Source of the DNA: Marinobacter sp. | GTDB lineage: Bacteria > Pseudomonadota > Gammaproteobacteria > Pseudomonadales > Oleiphilaceae | Direction of reading: 5' to 3' | Assembly: GCF_041595835.1 (NCBI RefSeq) | Contig: NZ_JBFHJO010000002.1 | Location: 78,752-142,751 of the forward strand | Length of the DNA: 64,000 nucleotides | Shown here: positions 54,490-64,000 of the stretch, in pieces | How positions within the stretch are numbered: the first letter of the stretch is position 1 | Layout of the letters: every line of letters begins with the position of its first letter | Made by a program: the position numbers and the translations under genes | Notes under the pieces: generated by a model | The model's database searches: none | What the model was told of the DNA's origin: nothing | What the model saw: the letters and a program-made list of their open reading frames with translations, nothing else

Positions 54490-54951
54490 TTAAAGCGCCT
54501 GTGCAATTTCCATAGAAAGATACTCCAGCTCTACCCGGCGATTGGCAGCATGATCTTCAGGCCGTGCCAGAGGGCGATCTGAGCCCCATGTGGTCAGAAG
54601 CAGGGCCGATGGAGAAACACCCTCTTGTGTCAGTAACCGAGCTACAGCGTTGGCACGTTGACGGGCAACAAACCGGTTGTAGTCGCCAGAGCCAAAGTTA
54701 TCGGAATGGCCGTGAATTTTTACTCGTATGCCAGGGTGGTTCTTGAGATACAGCGCATGCTGTTTGAGGATCTCAGTATCGGTTGTATCCAGAGTATGTT
54801 TGTTGAAACCGTAGTGAAAGCGAGTACGGTGAGGGCGACCTGCCTCCTGATGATGCTGGCCCGCCAAAAAACCGGACGCCAGTGCGGCTCTGGCCAGCAT
54901 TTCAGGGTTGTCCAAAACAAGTGTCGTCATCTGCAGTATCCTTGCATCCAA
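54490..54951 (-). CDS. OmpA-family peptidoglycan-binding domain protein
   Basis: C-terminal OmpA_C-like motifs (HTDxxGSxxYNxxLSxxRA pattern: GHSDNFGSGDYNRFVARQRANAV; RRVELE). Confidence 0.6.
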   Translation of the reverse strand: MDARILQMTTLVLDNPEMLARAALASGFLAGQHHQEAGRPHRTRFHYGFNKHTLDTTDTEILKQHALYLKNHPGIRVKIHGHSDNFGSGDYNRFVARQRANAVARLLTQEGVSPSALLLTTWGSDRPLARPEDHAANRRVELEYLSMEIAQAL

Positions 54952-55162
54952 AGTCAGGTTCTTTTTGTTATCACTCTCGTACTATTTAGTGATAGAGCAA
55001 CAACAGCAATTGGCGAATAGTCGATACAGGAATCCGTGTGCACGGAGAGCCATTGAATGGCACTTGTATGACCGCCTGATGACAATTACATCGAGAAAAG
55101 AAGGCCGCGCTGTGGTAAAAAACAGCTTTTCAGGGACAGATTGTGATGAATAGTGACCGCCT

Positions 55163-56614
55163 ATGCTGATTATTCCTGCTGAAAATGCCGTTAACTGGAA
55201 GCGCCCTCCTTGGGTGACGCTGGGGCTTATCATGACTTGCCTGATGGTATTTCTGTTCTATCAGGGAGGCGATGAACAGAAGCTGGAATCAGCCATTGGA
55301 CAATATCTCGGCAGTGGATTGCTGGCGCAGGAGGCGCCGGCCTATGAAGACTATCTGCAACGGGAAATCCGTTTCGAGGATGATCAGCAGCGAGTTCTGG
55401 AGTTGCAGGACTTTCAACAGCTCAGGGCGCAGGGGAACGAGCCCTGGCAGGCTGTCACCCTGTTGCTGGACCGTGAGTATTATCAGTACCTGAAAGACAA
55501 TAGCGACATTATCTGGACCCCGGCAGAGCGCAGCCAATGGATGGAGCAGCGTAGTGCCATAGAACAACAGTGGATCAGCCAGATGAGCGCGTTTCAGCTG
55601 GGTTTGGTACCAGCGGACCTCTCGCTTTATACCCTTATTACCTATCAGTTTCTGCACGGTGGGTGGGGCCATATCATTGGTAACCTGGTATTTCTGTTCC
55701 TGCTGGGGTTTACCGTGGAACGGGCACTGGGGCCTGGCCGCTATCTGGTGGCTTATCTGGTGTGCGGCGCACTTTCTGGTTTGGTGTTTACGGTCTTTTC
55801 CTCCGGGAGTTTGATTCCACTAGTGGGCGCATCGGGCTCCATATCCGGTTTGATGGGGATGTACGTAGCCATTTATGGCCTGCAAAAAATCCGTTTTTTT
55901 TATTTTCTGGGAGTTTATTTCAACTACTTCCGAGCGCCGGCTATTGCCATGCTGCCGGTGTGGTTAGGTAAGGAAATTTATGATTACTGGTTTGCAGGGG
56001 CCACAGGTATTGCATACATGGCTCACGCTGGTGGCCTTCTGGCTGGCGCAGGCCTGGTCGGGCTGCTTGGTAAAAGCTGGCTGCAAGTCAAAGAAGAGTT
56101 TTATGAGCCGGAACCGGAAGAGCAGGATGCCCGTTTCACCTCTGGCTACGCTCAGGCCATGGCCAGCCTGGGGCGTATGGAGTTTGACCTGGCTCGTCGC
56201 CAGTTTGAAGCGTTGAGGGAACACTATCCGGAACGTTCGGTTTTACTGGAACACTTGTATCAGCTTGCTAAGCTTCGGCCAGACATGCCTGCATACCGGG
56301 ACCTGGCGACTGAGCTGATGTCAGACGCCTTGGCCCGTCGGCAGCCGGAACAACTGCTTTCTGTGTGGCAGGAGTATCTGAGTAAAGGCGAGGCTCATCA
56401 TCCGCTGGCAGGGGAAGATCATAACCGGGTATTGTTTTTCAGCTTGAAACAGCATGACTTAAAATCCGCCGAAAAAGCGTTTGAACGCATGCGGCTGAGA
56501 GCTGAGCCCGAAATGGTTCACGAAGCTTGCCGGCTGCTAATTGCTGAGTTTGAAAAGCTCCAGATGGAACCCAAAGCCCGGCATTACAGGCAACTACTCC
56601 AGGGCCTGAACTAA
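55163..56614 (+). CDS. rhomboid-family membrane protein with C-terminal soluble helical (TPR-like) extension
   Basis: Rhomboid core with GASGSISGLMG (Ser) and AHAGGLLAG (His); ~170-aa helical C-terminal tail. Confidence 0.8.
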   Translation: MLIIPAENAVNWKRPPWVTLGLIMTCLMVFLFYQGGDEQKLESAIGQYLGSGLLAQEAPAYEDYLQREIRFEDDQQRVLELQDFQQLRAQGNEPWQAVTLLLDREYYQYLKDNSDIIWTPAERSQWMEQRSAIEQQWISQMSAFQLGLVPADLSLYTLITYQFLHGGWGHIIGNLVFLFLLGFTVERALGPGRYLVAYLVCGALSGLVFTVFSSGSLIPLVGASGSISGLMGMYVAIYGLQKIRFFYFLGVYFNYFRAPAIAMLPVWLGKEIYDYWFAGATGIAYMAHAGGLLAGAGLVGLLGKSWLQVKEEFYEPEPEEQDARFTSGYAQAMASLGRMEFDLARRQFEALREHYPERSVLLEHLYQLAKLRPDMPAYRDLATELMSDALARRQPEQLLSVWQEYLSKGEAHHPLAGEDHNRVLFFSLKQHDLKSAEKAFERMRLRAEPEMVHEACRLLIAEFEKLQMEPKARHYRQLLQGLN

Positions 56615-56651
56615 GCGCTGGCCACGACTACGGAGAGGCGGTCAGGTGTTT

Positions 56652-58106
56652 CTACTCAGGCGCCCCGAAGCTGGCTTTGGGGCCTTTCAACGGCTCCCGG
56701 TTGTGTGCTTGCTCCAACCACACACCAATTTGGTTGTGAACCGGATGAGTCAGGCAACGTTTTTGAATAAAAGACAAAAACGCACTGGCCTTTTCCCACT
56801 GCTGGAGGCCATTCGCCAGCGCTTGAGCTGCCAACAGGTAAGCGGGTGCCAGTTGTTCGCTGTCAGGAAACCGTTTGTGGAAGTCCTGCAGTAACCGAAG
56901 TGCCGCTTTGAAATGCCCTCCGTGGTACAGCGCTGTAGCGCATCTGAAGGAAAGCTCGGGGTCGTCCAGCTGAAAGTTGGGCTCCAGTGTTTGCAGTGTG
57001 TTGATCAGCCCGTTCAAGCTGTCGCCGTCGTTACGTTCGGCTAACCAGCTCATCAGTCGAGGGTGGTACCGGTACAGCTCCTGTACATCGTTTCTGGCTG
57101 TCAGTAGCTGGTAGAGCTGGCCTAACCTGCGAGGGTCGTCTCTGTCCTTTTTGAGTGCGTCTTTGAGCATGCGCTGAACGCGGTCGTAATTGCCGTCTTT
57201 CAGGTTCATATCCAGATCTGCATCAAAGCGGCTGGAGCGATCCCGCTGCTGATAGCTTGCCGTGGTTTCCTCATCCTGAATGTCGGAGGCAAAGCCCAGC
57301 TCTTCCTGATATTGGAACAGAAGATAGCCCAACATGTGGAACAGAATCAGGGTAAAGGTACTGTTAAGAAAACCCGCAAGCGGTTGTGCCACCCATAACG
57401 GGAAATGGGTGACGGCGAAGTCTTGTGCGGCACCCGATGCCAGCGTCAGTAAAATCAAATAGCCGTAAAGCAGAAAATATGGAGTGCCGATTCGGGAAAT
57501 AAGCACCGCAAGGTTCATGGGGTTTATCGCCGCTCCGACTGAACGCTCCATGGCCAGTACCATGATGCTGGCAGGCAGCGCCAGCACTACAAATGCTAAC
57601 GCCAGCAGCATAAGAACAGGCCCGCCCAGCATAGCAGCAGCACCGACCAACGCTCCCATTAAAATAAAAACCAGTAGCTGTAGGATTACGATATTAAAAC
57701 CGCTGCCGGTAAACGCCTCCGATACAGGGGGCGGTTTCAGGTGCCCCTCGGCGGTGCGATTGATCACGGCGTAGGTATATTTGAACAGTGCCAGCGCCAG
57801 CGTCAGCCAGATGATCAGCCCTATGATATTGGCCGGAGCAATAAGCGGCACCAGAGTGCAGATGGCAATAACGATCAGGGGATCTGTGTAGAAAGGGTAT
57901 CGGAAAAATTCCCCGATCCTGTGCCAGAAAGGTACAACCTCTGTTGCGGCGCCCAGGTATCGCATGGCTTTACTGCATTTGGGACAGAGCGCTTTATGCA
58001 GGCGAGTATCTGCGTCGGGCATGCACCTGTGGCAGTAGTACATCTGACACTCACTGCAGTGCCATTTTGCAGGGTCACCCGGATGGTAATGACAATCGTG
58101 TTTCAA
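56652..58106 (-). CDS. hypothetical polytopic membrane protein with N-terminal B-box/zinc-ribbon and C-terminal TPR-like region
   Basis: N-terminus CHYHPGDPAKWHCSECQMYYCHRC...CPKC, then ~6 TM helices, then helical repeats. Confidence 0.55.
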   Translation of the reverse strand: MKHDCHYHPGDPAKWHCSECQMYYCHRCMPDADTRLHKALCPKCSKAMRYLGAATEVVPFWHRIGEFFRYPFYTDPLIVIAICTLVPLIAPANIIGLIIWLTLALALFKYTYAVINRTAEGHLKPPPVSEAFTGSGFNIVILQLLVFILMGALVGAAAMLGGPVLMLLALAFVVLALPASIMVLAMERSVGAAINPMNLAVLISRIGTPYFLLYGYLILLTLASGAAQDFAVTHFPLWVAQPLAGFLNSTFTLILFHMLGYLLFQYQEELGFASDIQDEETTASYQQRDRSSRFDADLDMNLKDGNYDRVQRMLKDALKKDRDDPRRLGQLYQLLTARNDVQELYRYHPRLMSWLAERNDGDSLNGLINTLQTLEPNFQLDDPELSFRCATALYHGGHFKAALRLLQDFHKRFPDSEQLAPAYLLAAQALANGLQQWEKASAFLSFIQKRCLTHPVHNQIGVWLEQAHNREPLKGPKASFGAPE

Positions 58107-58299
58107 AGCAGAAGTCCTGATCCGTCAGAAATCAGACGCAATAATGACAGAAGTACCGAAAAGCCGCATTACATCTGTTTGCATATCAGAAGCTAATGTT
58201 GCCGGATACAGTTGCTGACCGGTTGGTAAGTAGTGTCGGCTCAAGTTCTGGTCTCAATGGTCGACAACCCTTATTGAGCATCCGGTGAGATAGCAGCAA

Positions 58300-58887
58300 A
58301 TGCAAAAGTCCTATAGAAATATTTTGTTGTTCGTTTTTGCACTGGGCTTGCTGGTATCACTGCCTTTACTGGGTCATATCACCAAAGACAGCCAGTATTA
58401 CGGTTTCAAAACAGACCTCGAGGTACCCGTACTGCCGGGGTATGACGCGGAGGCCGAACGGTTACGCCTGGTTTTTTTTGGCTATCAGCACTGTGGCACG
58501 GTTTGCCCGCTGCAGTTGATGAACTTAAAAGAATTGCACAAACGCCTGATGCAGCAGCCGGTGAATTTTGTATTTGTTACCCTTGACCCGGAGCGTGACA
58601 GTCAGCAAGAGCTGGATCAGATTATGTCGGCTATGGGAGAGAATTTTTACGCTGTGCGCCCTGAAACTCAGGCTGAGGCGCAGGCATTGGCGATGGGTTT
58701 TTCGGAATACGCGGGAAAAGTCACCGCCGCTGAAGGTTATGACTTCAACCACGGTGCCCGTATTTACGCAGTGACACCAGATAATCGCCGTCATTTGCTT
58801 TATGTAACACCTGAACTGGATCTTGATAGGGTCGAAGCGGACATCGAACGGCTCCTGGCCGGCTTGAAAGGAAGAAACTTAAAATGA
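58300..58887 (+). CDS. SCO1/SenC-family thioredoxin-fold copper chaperone
   Basis: Signal anchor, CxxxC motif HCGTVCP and thioredoxin-fold pattern; 195 aa. Confidence 0.8.
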   Translation: MQKSYRNILLFVFALGLLVSLPLLGHITKDSQYYGFKTDLEVPVLPGYDAEAERLRLVFFGYQHCGTVCPLQLMNLKELHKRLMQQPVNFVFVTLDPERDSQQELDQIMSAMGENFYAVRPETQAEAQALAMGFSEYAGKVTAAEGYDFNHGARIYAVTPDNRRHLLYVTPELDLDRVEADIERLLAGLKGRNLK

Positions 58888-60407
58888 GCATATCAACGCA
58901 GGACAATGATTTAATCCGTCAGCAACGGCTGATGACTGACAAACAGATGCTGGTCATCTTGCTGGCTCATGTGCCCGTGGTAGGTTTGCTGGTCCCATGG
59001 GGGCATGGTACGCATGCATTCGCAATTGTTGCTTCTTTGCTGGTAGGCGGGTTGGCACTTGTCGGCTACGTCATGCTACGTGGTACCCGGGCTTGTTCTG
59101 CTCTGTTTTCAGCGTGTTTGATGCTGTTTTCTGCCGTGATGATCCAGGCTCAGATGGGCCGGATCGAAATGCATTTCCACATTTTTTCGGCCTTGGCGCT
59201 GGTCATCATCTACCGGGACTGGTTGCCGGTATTAGTCGCTGCCGGCGTGATTACCGGCCATCACCTGTTGCTGACGGCGTTGCAGCTTTCGGATTCTCAG
59301 GTTGGCGGTATGCCTCTGATGATTTTTAATTACGGTTGCAGCTGGGGGATCGCCTTTCTGCACGCTGTGTTCGTGGTGTTTGAAGCAAGCATTCTGGTGT
59401 TCTTTGCCGTCAGAATGGGGGCTGAACAAAAGCAAACGCTTCAGATGATTGATGTGGTTCGGGCGTTTGATACCAAAAGGGATTTGCGGGGTCGGATACC
59501 TGATCAGGCTCAGAGTGCAGCCGCCCAGTCGTTTAATCAGATGATGGAACAAACCTGTGCGCTGATTAAGGAACTCCGCGATTTCTCAGGCGTTTTGGGG
59601 CAGAGTGCAAATCAATTGGCCGACGGCAGTAAAACCACCCGGAAGCATGTTGAAGATCAACAGCAACAGTCGGACCAGGTCGCTGCTGCCAGTAACCAAA
59701 TGGCTGCCAGTGTGCAGGAAGTGGCCCAGAATGCTCAGCTCGCCTCTGAAGCGGCCAGCGACGCGTCTAAAGCTTCGAGTGCAGGTAGCGACGCTATGGC
59801 CAGCGCGAGCAGAATGACCGACGCCACCAACGAGGCGTTGGACGATAGCAGCCAGATGGTTCAGCAGTTGACGGAAAAAGTGGATCTGATTGCTCAGGTA
59901 ACCGGGTCGATTCACGATATTTCAGACCAGACTAACTTGCTGGCATTGAATGCGGCGATTGAGGCCGCCCGAGCGGGGGAGCATGGTCGTGGTTTTGCTG
60001 TCGTCGCTGATGAAGTTCGTTCGTTATCGCGCCGCACCCAAGCGCTTACTGATGAAATTCGTAGCACAGTGGACGAGTTGAAAAATCTATCCGAAGCAAC
60101 CCTGGCAGCCATGGACATGGGGCGGACCCGTTCAGGTGAGTCTACCCGAGCTATTCAAACTGCAGCAGAGGCGATTGGCCGCATTGAGCAGGCTATTGGC
60201 GCTGTCAGCAGCATGAATGATCAGATCGCGGCAGCCTGTGAGCAGCAGGCTGCAACCTCTCTGCAGATCAATGAAAACATTCATTCTGTAGCGACCCGGA
60301 ATGGCCAGGTGGCTGAAGAAGCCGACAAGGTACTGGCTATGTCAGGAAATCTTGGCCAGGCTCTGGGCCAGGTTGATGCTCTGATAAACCGGTATCAACT
60401 GCCTTAG
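58884..60407 (+). CDS. methyl-accepting chemotaxis protein with unusual His-rich polytopic N-terminal membrane domain
   Basis: C-terminal MCP signalling domain ([30 protein letters not shown]); N-terminal ~180 aa with 5-6 TM helices and repeated His (WGHGTH, MHFHIF, GHHLL, FLHAVF); ATGA overlap with SCO gene. Confidence 0.85.
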   Translation: MSISTQDNDLIRQQRLMTDKQMLVILLAHVPVVGLLVPWGHGTHAFAIVASLLVGGLALVGYVMLRGTRACSALFSACLMLFSAVMIQAQMGRIEMHFHIFSALALVIIYRDWLPVLVAAGVITGHHLLLTALQLSDSQVGGMPLMIFNYGCSWGIAFLHAVFVVFEASILVFFAVRMGAEQKQTLQMIDVVRAFDTKRDLRGRIPDQAQSAAAQSFNQMMEQTCALIKELRDFSGVLGQSANQLADGSKTTRKHVEDQQQQSDQVAAASNQMAASVQEVAQNAQLASEAASDASKASSAGSDAMASASRMTDATNEALDDSSQMVQQLTEKVDLIAQVTGSIHDISDQTNLLALNAAIEAARAGEHGRGFAVVADEVRSLSRRTQALTDEIRSTVDELKNLSEATLAAMDMGRTRSGESTRAIQTAAEAIGRIEQAIGAVSSMNDQIAAACEQQAATSLQINENIHSVATRNGQVAEEADKVLAMSGNLGQALGQVDALINRYQLP

Positions 60408-60576
60408 CACTGAGTCAGGAGTATTGTCGGGTTGCTGGTGTCCATGAAGGTGTTTCCATCGTGGTGTCTGTTCATTGCAAATTGTCTGTATTTACCAGCC
60501 TGCGGTTGAAGTCTGAGTTTTCGGTGCGATAGTTAACTATAGACCCTGAAGCGCGATGCAATAGAGGAGGCACTCC

Positions 60577-63339
60577 ATGTCGAACGTATTGCCTGGTAAA
60601 AACAGTCTGAACACGCTTTCCACTCTGGCCGTAGGTGGTAAAACCTTTCACTATTACAGCCTGAGAAAGGCTGAAGATACCTTGGGTGATATGAGTCGCC
60701 TACCGTTCTCTTTGAAAGTGCTGATGGAGAATTTGCTACGCAATGAGGATGGCGTAACCGTAGATCAATCCCATATAGATGCTATGGCGCAGTGGTTGAA
60801 AAATCGCAAATCTGACACTGAAATCCAGTTTCGCCCGGCCCGGGTTCTGATGCAGGACTTTACTGGAGTACCCGGTGTTGTGGATCTGGCCGCCATGCGT
60901 GAGGCCGTGAAGCGAGCGGGGAAAGACCCGGCTCTGATTAACCCACTGTCCCCTGTCGACCTGGTGATTGATCACTCTGTAATGGTAGACAATTACGGCA
61001 GTGCGTCAGCCTTTAAAGAAAACGTAGTTATTGAAATGGCACGGAATCAGGAGCGCTACGAATTCCTGCGCTGGGGCCAGCAGGCCTTTGATAATTTCCG
61101 CGTAGTGCCTCCAGGCACGGGTATCTGCCACCAAGTCAACCTGGAATATTTGGGTAAAACCGTTTGGCAAAAAGAGGTGGATGGCAAGACTCTCGCATAC
61201 CCGGACACACTGGTCGGAACCGATTCCCATACCACGATGATTAATGGTCTTGGGATTCTGGGGTGGGGCGTTGGCGGAATTGAAGCTGAGGCCGCTATGC
61301 TGGGCCAGCCCGTGTCGATGCTGATTCCAGAAGTGGTCGGCTTTAAAATGACAGGAAAGTTGCGCGAAGGCATCACAGCCACTGATCTGGTACTGACCGT
61401 GGTTGAGATGCTGCGTAAAAAAGGTGTCGTGGGCAAATTTGTAGAGTTCTACGGCGATGGCCTGAAAGACATGCCGGTGGCTGATCGCGCCACAATTGCC
61501 AATATGGCGCCGGAATATGGCGCAACCTGCGGCTTCTTCCCAGTGGACGAGCAGACGCTCAGTTACATGCGCCTGACGGGGCGTGAGGATGATCAGCTGG
61601 CGTTGGTGGAAGCCTACGCCAAAGCTCAGGGGCTGTGGCGAGAGCCCGGGCACGAGCCTGTTTACACCGAAAGTTTAGAATTGGATATGGGGACGGTGGA
61701 GGCTAGTCTGGCAGGGCCTAAACGCCCGCAAGATCGTGTGGCGCTGAAAAACATGAAAGCCGCATTTGAACTGGTGATGGAAACCTCGGAAGGTCCGGCG
61801 GTAGCCCGGCAAGCAAAAATGGAGTCTGAAGGTGGAGGGACCGCTGTCGGGGTGGATGAAGCCTACTTCGAACATCCTGCCAGTCAACCACTGGAATTGA
61901 ACGGGGAGCAGTTTAGGTTGGACCCGGGTGCCGTGGTGATTGCTGCGATTACGTCGTGCACGAATACCTCTAATCCCAGTGTCATGATGGCTGCCGGCCT
62001 GGTCGCCCAAAAAGCGGTGGCGAAAGGGCTGAAAACCAAACCGTGGGTGAAAACGTCGCTGGCTCCTGGCTCTAAAGTGGTGACAGATTACCTGGCTGTC
62101 GCCGGCTTGCAGGATGACTTAAACAAGCTTGGTTTCAACCTGGTTGGCTATGGGTGCACTACCTGCATTGGCAATTCTGGCCCGCTGCCTGAGGCCGTTG
62201 AGACGGCTATTCTTGAAGGTGACCTGACCGTGGCTTCGGTGCTGTCGGGAAACCGGAATTTTGAAGGCCGGGTGCACCCACTGGTAAAAACTAACTGGCT
62301 GGCATCGCCGCCGTTGGTCGTAGCCTATGCGCTGGCGGGGAATGTTCGGCTGGATCTCACAAAAGAACCGCTGGGCACTGACCAGGAAGGCCGGGCTGTT
62401 TACCTGAGCGACCTTTGGCCTTCTCAGGCGGAAGTCGCTGAAGCGGTGGAAAAAGTAAAAACGGACATGTTCCGTAAACAGTATGGTCAAGTCTTCGAGG
62501 GTGATGACGCCTGGAAAGCGATCCAGGTACCAGACAGCAAGGTGTACGACTGGAACGACAAGTCCACCTACATTCAGCACCCGCCTTTTTTTGAAGGCAT
62601 GGGCGTAAAACCTGAACCGATCAGAGACATCAACGATGCCTGTATCCTGGCTATGCTAGGCGATTCGGTCACCACCGATCATATTTCTCCGGCGGGCTCT
62701 TTCGCGCTTGATACTCCCGCGGGTAAATATCTGCAGGCTCACGGCGTGGAACCTGCAGACTTCAACTCATACGGTTCCCGCCGGGGGAACCACGAAGTGA
62801 TGATGCGGGGCACTTTTGCCAACGTTCGTATCAGGAATGAGATGCTCGACGGCGTAGAAGGTGGCTACACCCGGTTTTTACCCACCGGCGAGCAGCTGGC
62901 CATTTACGATGCTGCAATGGCGTATCAGAAGCAGGGAACGCCACTGGTGGTGATTGCGGGCAAGGAATACGGCACCGGGTCTAGCCGGGACTGGGCTGCC
63001 AAAGGCACCCGCTTGCTGGGCGTACAAGCTGTGGTGGCAGAATCTTACGAGCGTATCCACAGATCTAACCTGATCGGAATGGGCGTGATGCCGTTGCAGT
63101 TCCCTGAAGGTGAAAGCCGTAAAACCCTGCGGCTGACCGGTGAGGAAACCATTAGCATCGAAGGACTGTCCGGCGACATTAAACCGGGGCAGGTCCTGAC
63201 CATGACCGTGAAGTACAAGGATGGCACTAGCAGAACCTGCAATCTGAAATCCCGTATCGATACCGCGAACGAGGCGGAGTACTTCAAACACGGCGGCATC
63301 TTGCACTATGTGGTGCGGGAGATGTTGAGTAACGCCTGA
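60577..63339 (+). CDS. acnA: aconitate hydratase A
   Basis: 920 aa; N-terminus [11 protein letters not shown]...[10 protein letters not shown]; Fe-S ligands CTNTSNP and [11 protein letters not shown]; SR motif. Confidence 0.95.
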   Translation: MSNVLPGKNSLNTLSTLAVGGKTFHYYSLRKAEDTLGDMSRLPFSLKVLMENLLRNEDGVTVDQSHIDAMAQWLKNRKSDTEIQFRPARVLMQDFTGVPGVVDLAAMREAVKRAGKDPALINPLSPVDLVIDHSVMVDNYGSASAFKENVVIEMARNQERYEFLRWGQQAFDNFRVVPPGTGICHQVNLEYLGKTVWQKEVDGKTLAYPDTLVGTDSHTTMINGLGILGWGVGGIEAEAAMLGQPVSMLIPEVVGFKMTGKLREGITATDLVLTVVEMLRKKGVVGKFVEFYGDGLKDMPVADRATIANMAPEYGATCGFFPVDEQTLSYMRLTGREDDQLALVEAYAKAQGLWREPGHEPVYTESLELDMGTVEASLAGPKRPQDRVALKNMKAAFELVMETSEGPAVARQAKMESEGGGTAVGVDEAYFEHPASQPLELNGEQFRLDPGAVVIAAITSCTNTSNPSVMMAAGLVAQKAVAKGLKTKPWVKTSLAPGSKVVTDYLAVAGLQDDLNKLGFNLVGYGCTTCIGNSGPLPEAVETAILEGDLTVASVLSGNRNFEGRVHPLVKTNWLASPPLVVAYALAGNVRLDLTKEPLGTDQEGRAVYLSDLWPSQAEVAEAVEKVKTDMFRKQYGQVFEGDDAWKAIQVPDSKVYDWNDKSTYIQHPPFFEGMGVKPEPIRDINDACILAMLGDSVTTDHISPAGSFALDTPAGKYLQAHGVEPADFNSYGSRRGNHEVMMRGTFANVRIRNEMLDGVEGGYTRFLPTGEQLAIYDAAMAYQKQGTPLVVIAGKEYGTGSSRDWAAKGTRLLGVQAVVAESYERIHRSNLIGMGVMPLQFPEGESRKTLRLTGEETISIEGLSGDIKPGQVLTMTVKYKDGTSRTCNLKSRIDTANEAEYFKHGGILHYVVREMLSNA

Positions 63340-63344
63340 TGGCA

Positions 63345-63382
63345 AACCGAAGTCGGCTCTGTTAGCCGGCTTCGGTTATTTC
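63345..63382. terminator. bidirectional hairpin terminator between acnA and the convergent kinase gene
   Basis: AACCGAAGTCGGCT-ctgtt-AGCCGGCTTCGGTT then TATTTC. Confidence 0.5.
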
Positions 63383-64000
63383 GCTGTGGCAATTGGCAGT
63401 GAGAGCCAGAAGGTGGCGCCTTTGCCTTCTTCTGAGTCATAGCCCACATGGCCGTCCATGGTGTGCATTATTTGCTGAGTAATTGCCAGGCCGAGCCCGG
63501 TTCCCTCTTTTTGCCGGGCTGAGGAGCTGTCAGCCTGTGCAAATTTTTTGAAAATATGCACACGGAAACTTTCAGGAACGCCTGGTCCCTGATCTGAAAC
63601 TTCAATCAATACCTGGCCGCCTGCTTTACGGATATTAATCGTGACGTCTTTGTGTGGTGGCGAAAACTTCACGGCGTTGGAAAGCAGGTTGGTCAGTGCC
63701 TGCTGGAGACGTTGTGGGTCAACATTGGCGAGCAATTCACTGCTTGATTCTATCTGTCGGAGCTGAACCTGTTTCTGGTCGGCGTAAGCCCGAATGTCTT
63801 CGATGGCTGTGGTGACAATATCCGCGACCGGCTGCCGTACCAGTTTGATCGCAACTTTCCCGCTGATCAGTTTTTCAATATCCAGCAGGTCGTCAATCAG
63901 AGAGCGTAGATGGCTGGTGTTGCGATGAGCGATGGCGAGCAGGCTTCGGGTTTTTTCCGGCAGCTCCCCTGTGGCGCCGCCGAGAATCAGTCCAAGAGAC
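63376..64000 (-). CDS. sensor histidine kinase, C-terminal HisKA/HATPase_c portion (5' end beyond window)
   Basis: HATPase_c motifs NLLSNAVKFS, DQGPGVP, GTGLGLAI; reading frame stays open to the window edge. Confidence 0.8.
   Translation of the reverse strand, partial: SLGLILGGATGELPEKTRSLLAIAHRNTSHLRSLIDDLLDIEKLISGKVAIKLVRQPVADIVTTAIEDIRAYADQKQVQLRQIESSSELLANVDPQRLQQALTNLLSNAVKFSPPHKDVTINIRKAGGQVLIEVSDQGPGVPESFRVHIFKKFAQADSSSARQKEGTGLGLAITQQIMHTMDGHVGYDSEEGKGATFWLSLPIATAK

Noticed and set aside
1-64000. CRISPR arrays, tRNA/rRNA genes, IS elements or transposases
   Set aside because: I found no regularly spaced direct repeats, no tRNA-like cloverleaf candidates and no transposase-like ORFs. 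The only mobile-element-related signal is the stand-alone integrase N-terminal domain gene.

Overview
This is a 64-kb gammaproteobacterial chromosomal window. The codon usage, GC content and gene content look Marinobacter-like, but that is an impression from the sequence, not a database match.

The centrepiece is a complete type VI secretion system (T6SS) structural cluster at about 7.2-26.5 kb. It has the Vibrio cholerae large-cluster gene order: tssB-tssC-tssE-tssF-tssG-FHA(tagH)-tssJ-tssK-tssL-clpV-vasH(sigma54 EBP)-vasI-like-tssA-tssM. It carries no hcp, no intact vgrG, no PAAR and no effector/immunity genes. It ends in a roughly 220-bp vgrG remnant immediately after tssM. A 255-bp highly structured intergenic region lies between clpV and vasH.

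Left of the T6SS are the rpoH 3' end, tartronate-semialdehyde reductase-like and hydroxypyruvate isomerase genes, an OmpR/EnvZ-type two-component pair, greB, a stand-alone integrase-N-terminal-like gene and an acyl-CoA-binding protein gene.

Right of the T6SS is a membrane-stress/remodelling neighbourhood. A PspA/IM30-family gene and a YjfI-like gene (arranged like E. coli yjfIJ) are divergent from an NfeD/YqiJ-like gene plus a flotillin (SPFH) gene. A 1750-aa giant protein with a C-terminal MoxR-like AAA+ module follows, which I cannot place in a described system. The shared promoter region carries two TGACA-N5-TGTCA palindromes.

Further right are a TetR-controlled alcohol dehydrogenase/oxidoreductase operon with three TAGAC-N5-GTCTA operators, a YtoQ-like gene, a signal-peptide-bearing LigE-type ATP-dependent DNA ligase, an alpha/beta hydrolase, cysK, a DUF815-like ATPase, a two-component system co-transcribed with a DUF3422 gene, a marine-proteobacterial sortase/VIT-vWA target pair, plsC, small membrane proteins, two rhomboid-family proteins, a zinc-ribbon membrane protein, an SCO-family protein translationally coupled to an MCP, acnA and a partial histidine kinase.

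I see no tRNA or rRNA genes, no CRISPR array and no complete mobile element.
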